Shown: positions 10,322 through 20,575 of the stretch, piece after piece | How positions within the stretch are numbered: the stretch's first letter is position 1 | Layout of the letters: every line of letters starts with the position of its first letter | Made by a program: the position numbers and the translations under genes | Source: an uncultured Chloroflexia bacterium | Lineage (GTDB): Bacteria; Chloroflexota; Limnocylindria; Limnocylindrales; CSP1-4 | Direction: 5' to 3' | DNA length: 64,000 nt | Assembly (NCBI GenBank): GCA_963746845.1 | Contig: CAVVCZ010000002.1 | Span: forward strand, 231,361 to 295,360 | The notes under the pieces: generated by a model | The model's database searches: none | Seen by the model: the letters and a program-made list of their open reading frames with translations, nothing else | Told to the model about the DNA's origin: nothing

Positions 10322-11641
10322 GTGCCGCCCACCCCCGGCCCGGCCCGCCGCCGGCCCGTCGCGATGCTCACCCACAGCTACTACGAGGAGGACCCGCGCG
10401 TCCGGCGCGAGGCCGAGGCCCTCGTCGCGGCCGGGCGACCGGTCGTCGTCTACGGGCTTCGCCGGCCGGGAGACCCGCGGATCGGGGAGCTCGACGGTGT
10501 CGAGATCCACCGGATCGACGTCCAGCGTCACCAGGGCGCCGGCGTCGTGACCTACGTGCGCGAGTACCTCGCGTTCCTCGCTCGCGCCGGGGCGGCACTG
10601 ACGGGCGACCATCGGCGCCGGCGCTTCGCGCTCGTCCAGGTCCACACGATGCCGGACTTCCTCGCGTTCGCCGGGCTGCCCCTCCGGATCGCCGGCGTGC
10701 CGCTCCTGCTCGATCTCCACGAGGCGATGCCCGAGTTCTTCCCGATTCGGTTTCCACGCGCCGCGAGCCCGGCGGCGCGGCGCCTGCTCCGCTGGCAGGA
10801 GCGGCTGTCGATCCTGGCCGCGACGCATGCCATCACCGTCAACGACGTCCTGCGCGATCGTCTCGTCGCGATCGGCGTCCCGCCGCGCAAGGTCACCGTC
10901 GTCCCGAACCATCCGTCGGTCCGTCGGTTCGACCCGGCGACGACGGCCGCGCGGGCCTTCCTCGGAGACGGCGTCCTCCGACTCGTCTACGCCGGCGCCC
11001 TGACGCCGGTGTATGAGCTCGACGTCGCCGTCGACGCGGTCGCCCGGCTCCGGACGCTCCGGCCGGAGCTTCCGGTCCACTTCGACGTCTATGGCCGCGG
11101 CGACAGCGAGGAGGCGCTCCGGTCGCGGGTGACGTCCCACGCCATCGAGGACGCCGTGACGTTCCACGGCCGGATCCCGTTCGAGGACGTCCCGGCCGCG
11201 ATCGCGGCCGCGGACATCGGGCTCGCGCCGACCCACCTCGACAGCTACACCCGGTTCAGCCTCTCCACGAAGATCTTCGAATACGGGGCGATGGCCCGGC
11301 CGGTCGTCGCGACGCGGCTCCCGCTCGTCGAGCGGACGTTCGGGGCCGACGCCGTCACAACCTACGCCCCCGGCGACGCGGACGATCTCGCCCGAGCGAT
11401 CCTCGGTCTCGTCGACGACCCGGCGCGGCGGGAGCGACGCGTGGCGGCCACGTCACGGCTCGTCGCCGACCTGGCCTGGGAGCGAACGGCCCGCGACTAC
11501 CTGGCGCTCGTCGAACGGCTCGCGGAACGCGCACGCGGCGGCGCCGGCGACGAGACGGCCTCGGTCGACGGGCTATCCTCAGGACCCGGGCCATCTGCCG
11601 AGCCCGACGGCCCACCCGGGGAACCGCAGGAGGACGCGTGA
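10322..11641 (+). CDS. GT4-family glycosyltransferase
   Basis: DPRVRREAEAL, VHTMPD, DLHE and KIFEY motifs; GTG start chosen 6 nt after TACGAT. Confidence 0.85.
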   Translation: MPPTPGPARRRPVAMLTHSYYEEDPRVRREAEALVAAGRPVVVYGLRRPGDPRIGELDGVEIHRIDVQRHQGAGVVTYVREYLAFLARAGAALTGDHRRRRFALVQVHTMPDFLAFAGLPLRIAGVPLLLDLHEAMPEFFPIRFPRAASPAARRLLRWQERLSILAATHAITVNDVLRDRLVAIGVPPRKVTVVPNHPSVRRFDPATTAARAFLGDGVLRLVYAGALTPVYELDVAVDAVARLRTLRPELPVHFDVYGRGDSEEALRSRVTSHAIEDAVTFHGRIPFEDVPAAIAAADIGLAPTHLDSYTRFSLSTKIFEYGAMARPVVATRLPLVERTFGADAVTTYAPGDADDLARAILGLVDDPARRERRVAATSRLVADLAWERTARDYLALVERLAERARGGAGDETASVDGLSSGPGPSAEPDGPPGEPQEDA

Positions 11642-13023
11642 CGACCGATCGGACGATGGCGATCATCGGCCTGGGCTATGTCGGCCTGCCCCTCGCGATC
11701 AGCTTCGTCGAGGCCGGTCTCGCAGTCACCGGCGTCGACGCCAGCACGACCCGCGTCGCGGAGCTCGCCGCGGGCCGGTCCCCGATCGACGACATCGACG
11801 ACGCCCGCCTGCGGGCGGCGCTCGACCGAGGGCTGCGGATCGTCGGCCCGGACGAGGCGCGTCTCGCCGAGGCGGACGTGATCGTCGTCTGCGTCCCGAC
11901 GCCGATCGACAAGGCGAAGGTCCCGGATCTGTCGCCCGTGCTGTCCGCCGCGGAGCTGATCGTGACCGCGCTCCAGGCTGGTCAGCTCGTCATCCTCCAG
12001 TCGACGACCTTCCCCGGCACGACGACCGGGCCGTTCCGGGCGATCCTCGAGGGGACCGGCCTCGTCGCCGGCCGCGACTTCGACCTCGCGTTCGCACCCG
12101 AGCGGGTGAACCCCGGCGACCCCGCGTCGGCGTCGAAAGGCGTCCCGCGACTGGTCGGGGCGACGACGCCGGCGGCCACCGCCCGCGCCGCCGCGCTCCT
12201 GCGCCACATCAACGACGACGTCCGCGAGCTGTCGTCGCCCGACGCGGCCGAGCTCGCGAAGCTCCTCGAGAACGTGTTCCGGAACATCAACATCGCGTTC
12301 GTGAACCAGCTCGCGCTCCTGTGCGAGCGGATGGGTCTTGACGTCTGGGAGGTCATCGACGCGGCTGCAACCAAGCCGTTCGGGTTCATGAAGTTCACGC
12401 CCGGCCCCGGCGTCGGTGGCCACTGCATCCCGGTCGACCCGTACTACCTCGCCTGGCGGGCGCGCGAGTTCGACTTCGTCGACCGGTTCGTCGAGCTTGC
12501 CGGCGACATCAACTTCGCGATGCCGCGCCACGTCGTGGAGCTCGTGGCCGAGGCGCTCAACGAGCACGGCCGGGCGATCCGCGGCACGCGGGTCGGCATC
12601 CTCGGCGTCGCCTTCAAGCCGAACGTCCGGGACGCCCGGAACTCGCCGGCGGCGGACGTCATCGCCCTGCTCGCGGAGCGTGGCGCGGAGGTCGTGTTCC
12701 ACGATCCGCACGTGCCGAAGTTCCGCACCTCCGACGGCGTCGAGCGGTCGTCGGTCGGGCTCGACGAGGTCCTCGGCGGCTCCGACGTCGTCGTCGTCCT
12801 CGCCGCCCACCGGGCGATCGACTGGGATCGGGTCTATGCCGAGGCGCCGCTGATCGTCGACACGGTCAACAGCTCCGCCGGCCGGTCGGTGCGGCCGCGG
12901 GGCGTCCTTCGGCTCGGTGCCGGGTGGGGGGCCGCGACGAGCGCGACGCCGGCCGACGCACGAACGAACGACGCGCGCGCATCGACGACGGCCGGGATCG
13001 CGGCGGCCGCTCCGCGCCGATGA
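11638..13023 (+). CDS. UDP-HexNAc 6-dehydrogenase (WecC/TviB/WbpA family)
   Basis: GLGYVG, CVPTP, PERVNPG, KLLEN and GVGGHCIPVDP motifs. Confidence 0.9.
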   Translation: MTTDRTMAIIGLGYVGLPLAISFVEAGLAVTGVDASTTRVAELAAGRSPIDDIDDARLRAALDRGLRIVGPDEARLAEADVIVVCVPTPIDKAKVPDLSPVLSAAELIVTALQAGQLVILQSTTFPGTTTGPFRAILEGTGLVAGRDFDLAFAPERVNPGDPASASKGVPRLVGATTPAATARAAALLRHINDDVRELSSPDAAELAKLLENVFRNINIAFVNQLALLCERMGLDVWEVIDAAATKPFGFMKFTPGPGVGGHCIPVDPYYLAWRAREFDFVDRFVELAGDINFAMPRHVVELVAEALNEHGRAIRGTRVGILGVAFKPNVRDARNSPAADVIALLAERGAEVVFHDPHVPKFRTSDGVERSSVGLDEVLGGSDVVVVLAAHRAIDWDRVYAEAPLIVDTVNSSAGRSVRPRGVLRLGAGWGAATSATPADARTNDARASTTAGIAAAAPRR

Positions 13024-13763
13024 CGGCGCCCCCGTCGCGGACCGTCGCGATCATCCAGGCGCGGGTCGGCAGCAGCCGGCTGCCCGGCAAGGTGCTCCTG
13101 CCGATCCTCGGCCGGCCGATGCTCAGCCGGGTCGTGGAACGGACCGCGCGGGCTTCGTCCGTCGACGAGGTGGTGGTCGCGACGACCGAGCGGCCGGAGG
13201 ACGATGCGATCGCCGAGCTCGCCTCGAGCGAGGGCTGGTCCCTCAGCCGGGGCAGTGAATCCGACCTGCTCGACCGGTACATCGTTGCGGCCAGGGCCCA
13301 CGAGGCGTCCGTGATCGTCCGGATCACGTCCGACTGTCCCCTGATCGATCCGTCCCTCGTCGACGAGGCCGTCGCGGCCCGGGTCGCGGCCGACGCCGAC
13401 TACGCCAGCAACGCCCTCGAGCCCCGCACGTACCCGCGCGGGCTCGACGTCGAGGTGATGACCCGCGCGGCGCTCGAGACGGCGTGGCGCGAGGACACCG
13501 ACCCGGCCCGGCGCGAGCACGCAACGCCCTACCTGTATCGGCATCCCGAGCGGTTCTCGCTGATCCGCGTCCCGTCCGACCTCGATCGGTCGGACGATCG
13601 CTGGTGCGTCGACACGGCGGAGGACTTCCAGCTCGTCTCGAAGCTCTACGAGGCGCTCGGCCGGGACGACTTCGGCTGGCGCGATGCCCTCGCCGTCGTG
13701 GACGCCCATCCGGGCTGGTCGGACCTCAACCGCCACGTCGTCCAGAAGGCCGTCCCGACATGA
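13020..13763 (+). CDS. Cytidylyltransferase, SpsF/PseF-like (CMP-nonulosonate synthetase)
   Basis: IIQARVGSSRLPGK, RITSDCPLIDP, REHATPY and VDTAED motifs. Confidence 0.85.
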   Translation: MTAPPSRTVAIIQARVGSSRLPGKVLLPILGRPMLSRVVERTARASSVDEVVVATTERPEDDAIAELASSEGWSLSRGSESDLLDRYIVAARAHEASVIVRITSDCPLIDPSLVDEAVAARVAADADYASNALEPRTYPRGLDVEVMTRAALETAWREDTDPARREHATPYLYRHPERFSLIRVPSDLDRSDDRWCVDTAEDFQLVSKLYEALGRDDFGWRDALAVVDAHPGWSDLNRHVVQKAVPT

Positions 13764-14866
13764 GCGACGCCCGGGCCCCGGAACTCGTCCTCCGCGGGGA
13801 CGCCGATGCCCGGAACGGGATCGGGCACGCGATGCGGCTGCTCGCGCTCGGCGAGGCCTGGGTCGAGCGTGGCTGGACCGCGACCTGGCTGGTCGCCGAT
13901 GCGCCTGTGTCCCTGCGCGATCGCGCCGGAGCCGCGGGGATCGAGATCGTCGGGATCGACGACCGCCCCGGCTCCGCGGCGGATGCGGACGCGGTCGTGG
14001 CGTTCGTCGGGCGCTCGAACCGGGCCGTCGTGGTCGACGGGCCGGCCTTCGATGCCGCCTGGCTCGACCGCCTCGCCCCGATCGCGGATCGGACGGCCGC
14101 GGTGGATGACCGGGCGGCCTTCGACCGCTACCCGGTCCGGATCGTGCTGAACCAGAACGCCCACGCCGACCGGCGCTCGTACCCGGCCGACCGTCCGACC
14201 CAGTACCTGCTCGGCCTTGACTACGCGCTTCTCCGCCGGGAGTTCCGGGTCGCCGACCCGAGCCCGCGACTCCCGGCCCGGGCCGATCGTCTCCTCGTTG
14301 CGTTCGGCGGCGCCGATCCGGCCGCGATGACGGGTCGGGCGATCCGGTCGCTCCGATCGTCCGACGCGTCCGCCGATGCGGAGCCCAGCGTGACCGTCGT
14401 CGTCGGACCGGCCAACCCGGCCGCGGGCGAGATCCAGGCCCTCGCCGCGGAGGCCGCGGGCCGGATCACGGTGGTCGAGTCGCCCGAGCGGATGGTCGAC
14501 CTGATGGCCGCGACGGACCTCGCGGTGGTGTCCGGTGGGTCGACGGTCTGGGAGCTCGCGCGGATGGGCGTGCCCGCGATCGTCGTCGAGACGGCCCCAC
14601 CCGAGGTCGATCTGTGCCGCGGCCTCCGTGCCATCGGCCTGTTCGATCCGCTCGGGCCGGCGGCGACCCTCGACGACGCGACGCTGGCCGCGGCGATCGC
14701 CCGTCGTCGCGCGGACGCCCCGTGGAGGGAGCGGATGTCCCGCCTCGGGCAGCGCCTGGTGGACGGCCACGGGACGGATCGGGTCATTGCCGCGCTCCTC
14801 GCCGCGATCGGGTCTCCGATCGACCCGGACGCCGCGATCGCGGCCCCGGCGCGGGCCGACGGCTGA
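13760..14866 (+). CDS. pseG: PseG/SpsG-like nucleotide-sugar hydrolase
   Basis: GIGHAMR, LGLDYALLRREF, FGGAD, GGSTVWE and VDGHG motifs. Confidence 0.75.
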   Translation: MSDARAPELVLRGDADARNGIGHAMRLLALGEAWVERGWTATWLVADAPVSLRDRAGAAGIEIVGIDDRPGSAADADAVVAFVGRSNRAVVVDGPAFDAAWLDRLAPIADRTAAVDDRAAFDRYPVRIVLNQNAHADRRSYPADRPTQYLLGLDYALLRREFRVADPSPRLPARADRLLVAFGGADPAAMTGRAIRSLRSSDASADAEPSVTVVVGPANPAAGEIQALAAEAAGRITVVESPERMVDLMAATDLAVVSGGSTVWELARMGVPAIVVETAPPEVDLCRGLRAIGLFDPLGPAATLDDATLAAAIARRRADAPWRERMSRLGQRLVDGHGTDRVIAALLAAIGSPIDPDAAIAAPARADG

Positions 14867-15810
14867 TGGGCGAGCGCTACCTCGTCACGGGCGGGGCGGG
14901 CGTGATCGGTGGCGAGCTGCTCCACCTCCTCGCCGAGCAGGGGGCGACGGTCCTCTCGGTGGATCGGCTGCCGCTTCCGGACCCGGCGCCGCCCGGGGTG
15001 GAGCATCTCCGGGCGGAACTCGCGATCGACGATCTCGCGCCGGTCATCGCGTTCCGGCCGGACCGGATCCTCCACCTGGCGGCGACATTCGAACGGTCGG
15101 TCGAGACGCCCGAGTTCTGGGCCCAGAACTGGTCCGACAACGCGATCGCGACGCATCGGCTCATCGAGACGGCCGGCGGGATCCCGGGGCTCGAGGCCTT
15201 CGTGTTCGCCTCGAGCTATCTCGTGTACCGGACCGATCTCTATCTCCGCGAGGAACCGGCCGCCGACGGCGTCGCGCTCGCCGAGAGCGCCGAGCTCCGG
15301 CCGCGCAACCTGTGCGGGGCGGCCAAGCTCTACGCCGAGGCCGAGCTCGACTTCGCCCGGTCCGCGGGGTCGGACCGCTTCCGGACCGTGTCGGCGCGCA
15401 TCTTCCGGGTCTACGGGCGCCGCTCCCGGGACGTCGTCTCCCGCTGGATCCGGGCCGCCCTTGCCGGCGACGAGATCGAGGTCTACCAGCCCGAGAACCG
15501 CTTCGACTACGTCCATGCCGCCGACGTTGCGGAGGGTCTCCGCCGGATGGCCGACGATCCGGCCGCCAGCGGCCCGATCAACCTCGCGACCGGCACGAGC
15601 CGGTCGGTCGGCGAGATGCTGGCCATCGTCGAGGGGGCCACGGGTCGGCGCCTCCGGGCGACCCATCGCCCGTCCGATGACCCCTTCGAGGCCAGCCGGG
15701 CGGACACGACCCACCTCCGCGAGACCCTCGGCTGGACGCCTCCGACCGACCTCGAGACCGGGATCGCGCGGGTCGTCGCGCACGAGATCGGGGCGCGGCC
15801 GCGCGACTGA
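14866..15810 (+). CDS. NAD-dependent epimerase/dehydratase
   Basis: VTGGAGVIG Rossmann motif, HLAA, HAADVA; atypical CGAAK in place of YxxxK. Confidence 0.8.
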   Translation: MGERYLVTGGAGVIGGELLHLLAEQGATVLSVDRLPLPDPAPPGVEHLRAELAIDDLAPVIAFRPDRILHLAATFERSVETPEFWAQNWSDNAIATHRLIETAGGIPGLEAFVFASSYLVYRTDLYLREEPAADGVALAESAELRPRNLCGAAKLYAEAELDFARSAGSDRFRTVSARIFRVYGRRSRDVVSRWIRAALAGDEIEVYQPENRFDYVHAADVAEGLRRMADDPAASGPINLATGTSRSVGEMLAIVEGATGRRLRATHRPSDDPFEASRADTTHLRETLGWTPPTDLETGIARVVAHEIGARPRD

Positions 15811-15841
15811 CGGCCGCTCGGCGCGCGAGGGGCCGCCCGGA

Positions 15842-16591
15842 TCAGCCGTCGACCACCAGGTACGAGATCAGCGGGTTGAGGGGGCTCCGCCGGATCGCGT
15901 ATCGCGACAGGCCGACCGTCTCCATGACCGCGAGCGTCTCGCCCGGGAACTCCGGGCAGTTGAGCTCGTCGAACGCGATGACGCTGCCGCGTGTCACCCG
16001 CGGCAGCAGGAGCTCGAGGCACCGCTTCGTCGGCGCGTACAAGTCGAAGTCGAAGTAGGCCAGCGCCACCACGGTGTGCGGGTTCTCCTCGAGGAAGCGC
16101 TCGAACGTCACGGTCGCGTCGCCCTGGACGAGCTCGAACTTGCGCTTGGTCGCGATCGGGCTGTCCGCCTCGTGCAGCTCGAGCACCTCGGTGAGGTGGT
16201 CGAGGTAGCCGGGCGACACCGCGTAGTCCCCGGCGGCCACGCGACCCCCGTCCTTCGCGTCGACCGACGGGAACCCGCCCCACGAGTCGAAGCCGATCAC
16301 CCGGCGGTTGTAGTTGAACGGCTCGTACATGCCCCGGAACGTCGAGAACAGCGCGAGGTTCTGCCCCCAGCGGACGCCGAACTCGGCGACCACCCCGTGG
16401 ACGGGCAGGATCATCTGGTAGATCTCGTGCATGAACAGGATCCGGGACATCGTCTGGCGCCGGACGTAGAGCCCGAGGTTGGACATCAGCTCGGCGGCCG
16501 GGATCGGGCTCTCGGCGAGCAGGTCCCGAAGGCGGGCCATCCGGCGTTTCTCGTCCTCGGTCGAGCCCTCGACCACCCGGATGTCCTGCAT
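15842..16591 (-). CDS. TylF/MycF-like sugar O-methyltransferase
   Basis: EFGVRWG, GFDSWGGFP, DFDLYAPT and FDE motifs. Confidence 0.75.
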   Translation of the reverse strand: MQDIRVVEGSTEDEKRRMARLRDLLAESPIPAAELMSNLGLYVRRQTMSRILFMHEIYQMILPVHGVVAEFGVRWGQNLALFSTFRGMYEPFNYNRRVIGFDSWGGFPSVDAKDGGRVAAGDYAVSPGYLDHLTEVLELHEADSPIATKRKFELVQGDATVTFERFLEENPHTVVALAYFDFDLYAPTKRCLELLLPRVTRGSVIAFDELNCPEFPGETLAVMETVGLSRYAIRRSPLNPLISYLVVDG

Positions 16592-16843
16592 GTCGATCTC
16601 CCAAGCTGATCCGAGGGTTCAGGCGTCGTCCAGCCGGTCGCGACGTGTGCCGCCGGTCCGAACATCCGGAGTCTATGGCGCCACGAGTGGCGGGTGCCGT
16701 GCGGCTCGTTCATGCGATGTCGCTCGGCGTGCGGGATGGGCTAGGATCGGTCGGCCGCCCGGGGCAGCGGGGCGAGGTGCCCTGAGGGTGAGAGGAGGAC
16801 CCGATGGTGACGGTTCGGCACAGCGAACAGACGGTCGGCGATC

Positions 16844-17797
16844 GTGCCTGAGGGTGTCGCCTCGGGGTCCACCCTCGACTCGAGGGAACCCTCCGGCCCG
16901 CTGGATCACCGGATCATCATCGATGCTGAGTGGGGCTATCGACGCCTCGCCGAGATTCCGTCGAGCCCCGAGCTCGACCGCTTCTACGAGAGCGGCTACC
17001 GCGACCAAATCGATCCCAACGGGCGGGCGCCGGGTCTCGCCCGGCTGGTCGCGGGCGGCCCGGATGCCGAGCGCGAGCGGCAGTGGCTGGAGGCCACCCT
17101 CCACGCCGACGTTCGCCTGGCTCTTGGCGGAGCCCTTGTCCACGGCGCCCCACAGCGTGTCCTCGACATCGGCGCCGGGACCGGTGCGCTCGTCGCGAGC
17201 CTCGTGGACGACGGCTGGGCCGTGGTCGGCATCGAGCCGGCGATCGAGATCGGTGCGGTCGGACGATCTGCCGGCCTCCCGGTCGAGGCATGCACGGCAA
17301 CGGAGTACCTCGCGCGCTGGGAGGCGGAGCCCGAGCCATTCGGGGGCGTCTGCCTGATGAACGTCCTGGAGCACGTCCCCGACCCGATCGGGCTCCTCCG
17401 AAGCGCGATCCGCTTCCTCGCACCGGGCGGACGCCTCGTCATCCGGGTGCCGAACGACTTCAACCCCCTCCAGCTGGCCGCACAGGCGGCACTCGGGCTC
17501 GAGCCGTGGTGGATCGCGGTGCCGGACCACGTGAACTACTTCGACCATGCCACCATCGTCGCGATCCTCGAACGGCTTGGGCTCGACGTGGTCGAGCGGA
17601 GCACGGACTTCCCGATGGAGGTGTTCCTCCTGATGGGCGAGGACTACACGTCGAGCCCGGAGGTCGGCCGACGGGTGCACGAGCAGCGGCGGCTGCTGGA
17701 GTTGCGCATGGACGCGGACACCCGGCGAGCGATCGGTCGCGCCCATCACGCCGCGGGGATCGGTCGGAACACGTTCGTGGTCGGACAGGTCAGGTGA
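16844..17797 (+). CDS. Class I SAM-dependent methyltransferase
   Basis: VLDIGAGTG, NVLEHVPDP, VPN and PDHVNYF motifs; start uncertain. Confidence 0.85.
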   Translation: MPEGVASGSTLDSREPSGPLDHRIIIDAEWGYRRLAEIPSSPELDRFYESGYRDQIDPNGRAPGLARLVAGGPDAERERQWLEATLHADVRLALGGALVHGAPQRVLDIGAGTGALVASLVDDGWAVVGIEPAIEIGAVGRSAGLPVEACTATEYLARWEAEPEPFGGVCLMNVLEHVPDPIGLLRSAIRFLAPGGRLVIRVPNDFNPLQLAAQAALGLEPWWIAVPDHVNYFDHATIVAILERLGLDVVERSTDFPMEVFLLMGEDYTSSPEVGRRVHEQRRLLELRMDADTRRAIGRAHHAAGIGRNTFVVGQVR

Positions 17798-18804
17798 GCG
17801 CGGGCCCCCACCCGCCCGGCGATACCACCCGCCCGAACGTCCTGATCACGAGCGCGGCCCGCAAGGTGCTTCTCGTCCGGGCCTTCCGCACCGCGCTCGC
17901 CCGGCTGGGTGGCGGGTCGGTCGTCGCCTCGGACCTGGATCCGCGGGCGGCTGCGCTGTACGAGGCGGATCGTCGTCGCACACTCCCCCGCTCCGACGAT
18001 GTCGCGTTCGTCGACGCCCTCCGTGCGCTCTGTCGCGAGGAGGCCATCGGCCTCGTCGTCCCGACGAGAGACGAGGAGCTGCCGGTCATGGCCGCCGCCC
18101 GGCCCCTGCTCGCCGAGGACGGGACGCTCGTTCTCGTCTCGTCGCCCGAGGCCGTCGAGACCTGCCGGGACAAGGGACGGTTCGCCGATGCAGTGGCGGC
18201 GGCCGGCCTCGACGCACCGCTCCGGTACGACGAGCCGGAGACGGCGCCGTTGCCGGCCTTCGTGAAGCCCCGGTTCGGCAAGGGCGGCACGGCGGCCGCG
18301 GCCGCCACGACCCGCGCGGGGCTGACGGCCGCCGTGGCCGCGGCCGGGCCCGGCGCGATCATCCAGGAGCGGATCGTCGCACCCGAGTACACGGTCGATT
18401 GCTTCCTGGATCTCGACGGCGTCCCGATCTCCGCCGTGCCGAGGGAGCGGGTGGTCGTCGTCGACGGGGAGTCTGTCGTGACGCGGACCGTGCACGACCC
18501 GGAGCTCACAGCGGCCTCGGTCCGGCTGGCGACCGCCATCGGGCTGGTGGGCCACGTGACGATCCAGGCGTTCCGGACGACCGATCGGATCGCCTTCATC
18601 GAGATCAACCCGCGCTACGGCGGCGCGGCGAACGCCGGCTTCGCCGCCGGAGCCCCGACCCCGGAATCCGCGATCCGACTCGCCCGCGGCGAGCGGCTCG
18701 ACCCCCGCGTCGGCCAGCACATGGCCGGCCTGGTCATGCTCCGGGCGAGCGACGACCGGTTCGTCCGCGAGGGGGATCTCGGGTTCGACGAACCGCGGCC
18801 GTGA
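17794..18804 (+). CDS. ATP-grasp protein (CarB-like, glycan-locus type)
   Basis: NVLITSA, PTRDEEL, KPRFGKGG, QERI and EINPRYGG motifs. Confidence 0.85.
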   Translation: MSAGPHPPGDTTRPNVLITSAARKVLLVRAFRTALARLGGGSVVASDLDPRAAALYEADRRRTLPRSDDVAFVDALRALCREEAIGLVVPTRDEELPVMAAARPLLAEDGTLVLVSSPEAVETCRDKGRFADAVAAAGLDAPLRYDEPETAPLPAFVKPRFGKGGTAAAAATTRAGLTAAVAAAGPGAIIQERIVAPEYTVDCFLDLDGVPISAVPRERVVVVDGESVVTRTVHDPELTAASVRLATAIGLVGHVTIQAFRTTDRIAFIEINPRYGGAANAGFAAGAPTPESAIRLARGERLDPRVGQHMAGLVMLRASDDRFVREGDLGFDEPRP

Positions 18805-19517
18805 GCCGGCCCGCGGCGGTCCTGTTCGACCTCGACGACACGCTGTATCCGGAGCGTCGCTACGTCGACGGCGGCTTCGCGGCGGTCGCCGCCTTCCTCG
18901 CCCCGATCACCGGCCGCCCGGCCGACGACCTGACGGCCCGCCTGATCGCGCTGCACGACCGCGAGGGTCGCGGGCGCCTGTTCGACACGCTCCTCGCGGA
19001 GCTCGGACGCGACACGGACCGCGATCTCGTCCTCGCCTGTCTCCTCGTGTACCGGACGCACGCGCCGCGCCTGGAGCCCTTCCCGGGTGTCGTGGATGCG
19101 CTCGCCGCCCTGCGCGCGGCGGGCATCCGGACGGGCCTCGTGTCCGACGGCCATGCGGCCACCCAGCACCGGAAGCTGGCCGCCCTGCCCGACGTCGCGC
19201 GGCAGCTGGACGCGATCGTCATGACCGGCGATCTCGGCCCGGACCACGCCAAGCCGTCACCGACGCCGTTCCGGGTCGCGGCGCTCGTGCTCGGGGTCCC
19301 GCCCGATCGCGCGGTCTACGTCGCGAACGATCGGCGCAAGGACTTCCGCGGTGCCCGGGCGGCCGGGCTGCGGACGATCCGGGTCGGCCGTCCCCCGGAC
19401 GAGGGACGTGCGACGATGGCCTCCCCGACCGGGGACGAGGGCGACGAGGCCGACAGCGTCGTCGACGGCGTCGGCGAGGCGCTCCCCCTGCTCCTCGGCG
19501 AAGGAGGCGAGCCCTGA
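18801..19517 (+). CDS. HAD-family hydrolase
   Basis: FDLDDTL motif I, SDG, KP and NDRRKD motifs. Confidence 0.85.
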   Translation: MSRPAAVLFDLDDTLYPERRYVDGGFAAVAAFLAPITGRPADDLTARLIALHDREGRGRLFDTLLAELGRDTDRDLVLACLLVYRTHAPRLEPFPGVVDALAALRAAGIRTGLVSDGHAATQHRKLAALPDVARQLDAIVMTGDLGPDHAKPSPTPFRVAALVLGVPPDRAVYVANDRRKDFRGARAAGLRTIRVGRPPDEGRATMASPTGDEGDEADSVVDGVGEALPLLLGEGGEP

Positions 19518-19519
19518 CC

Positions 19520-20575
19520 GTGCGCGACATCGTCATCAACGGCCGGCCGATCGGCCCGTCGCGGCCCGTCTACGTCATCGCCGAGATGTCGGCGAACCAC
19601 GCCCAGTCGTACGAGGCGGCCGTCCGGATCGTCCACGCGGCCGCAGACGCCGGTGCCGACGCGATCAAGCTCCAGACGTACACCCCGGACACGATCACGA
19701 TCGACAGCGACGCGCCGCCGTTCCGCCACAACACGGGCTCCCTCTGGGAGGGGAAGACCCTCCACGACCTGTACGGCGAGGCGTACATGCCCTGGGACTG
19801 GCAGCCGAAGCTGATGGAGGTCGCCGCGGAGGTCGGGATCGACTGCTTCTCGTCGCCGTTCGACCCGACCGCGGTGCGCTTCCTCGACGATCTCGCCGTC
19901 CCTGCCTTCAAGGTCGCGTCGTTCGAGCTCGTCGACCTCCCGCTGATCCGGCAGATCGCGGCGACCGGCAAGCCGGTGATCATGTCGACGGGGATGGCGA
20001 CGGTCGAGGAGGTCGACGAGGCCGTCGCCGCGGCCCGTGCCGGGGGCGCGACGCAGATCGCCCTGCTCAAGTGCACGAGCGCCTATCCATCGCCACCCGC
20101 GACGGTCAACCTCGCCGCCATCCCGATGATGGCCGAGCGCTGGGACGTCCCGATCGGCCTGTCCGACCACACCGTCGGCGAGTACGCGGCCGTCGCGGCG
20201 GTCGCCCTCGGCGCCACGATCGTGGAGAAGCACCTGACGACCGGTCACGGGGACGACACGCCCGACGCGGCGTTCTCGCTCGACACGGACGAGTTCCGGC
20301 GGATGGTCGCGGGGATCCGCGTCGCCGAGCAGGCGCTCGGGCACGCGACGCTCGGACCCGGCCCGGAGGAGGCCGAGAGCCGGCGGTTCCGACGGTCGCT
20401 CTACGTGGTCGAGGACGTCCTCGCCGGAGAGGTGCTGACCGCGGCCAACGTCCGGTCGATCCGGCCGGCCGGTGGCCTCCACACGCGCGAGTACGAGGCC
20501 GTGCTCGGCCGGCGCGCCGCCGCTGACATCGCCCGCGGGACGCCGCTCACGTGGGAGCTCGTGGCCCGGGACTAG
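19520..20575 (+). CDS. pseI: Nonulosonic acid synthase (PseI/NeuB family) with C-terminal SAF domain
   Basis: IAEMSANH, KLQTYTPDTIT, KCTSAYP, GLSDHT, EKH and SIRP motifs. Confidence 0.9.
   Translation: MRDIVINGRPIGPSRPVYVIAEMSANHAQSYEAAVRIVHAAADAGADAIKLQTYTPDTITIDSDAPPFRHNTGSLWEGKTLHDLYGEAYMPWDWQPKLMEVAAEVGIDCFSSPFDPTAVRFLDDLAVPAFKVASFELVDLPLIRQIAATGKPVIMSTGMATVEEVDEAVAAARAGGATQIALLKCTSAYPSPPATVNLAAIPMMAERWDVPIGLSDHTVGEYAAVAAVALGATIVEKHLTTGHGDDTPDAAFSLDTDEFRRMVAGIRVAEQALGHATLGPGPEEAESRRFRRSLYVVEDVLAGEVLTAANVRSIRPAGGLHTREYEAVLGRRAAADIARGTPLTWELVARD

Noticed and set aside
17794-18804. Carbamoyl-phosphate synthase large subunit
   Set aside because: A single ATP-grasp domain of about 336 aa, with no carA and a glycan-locus context
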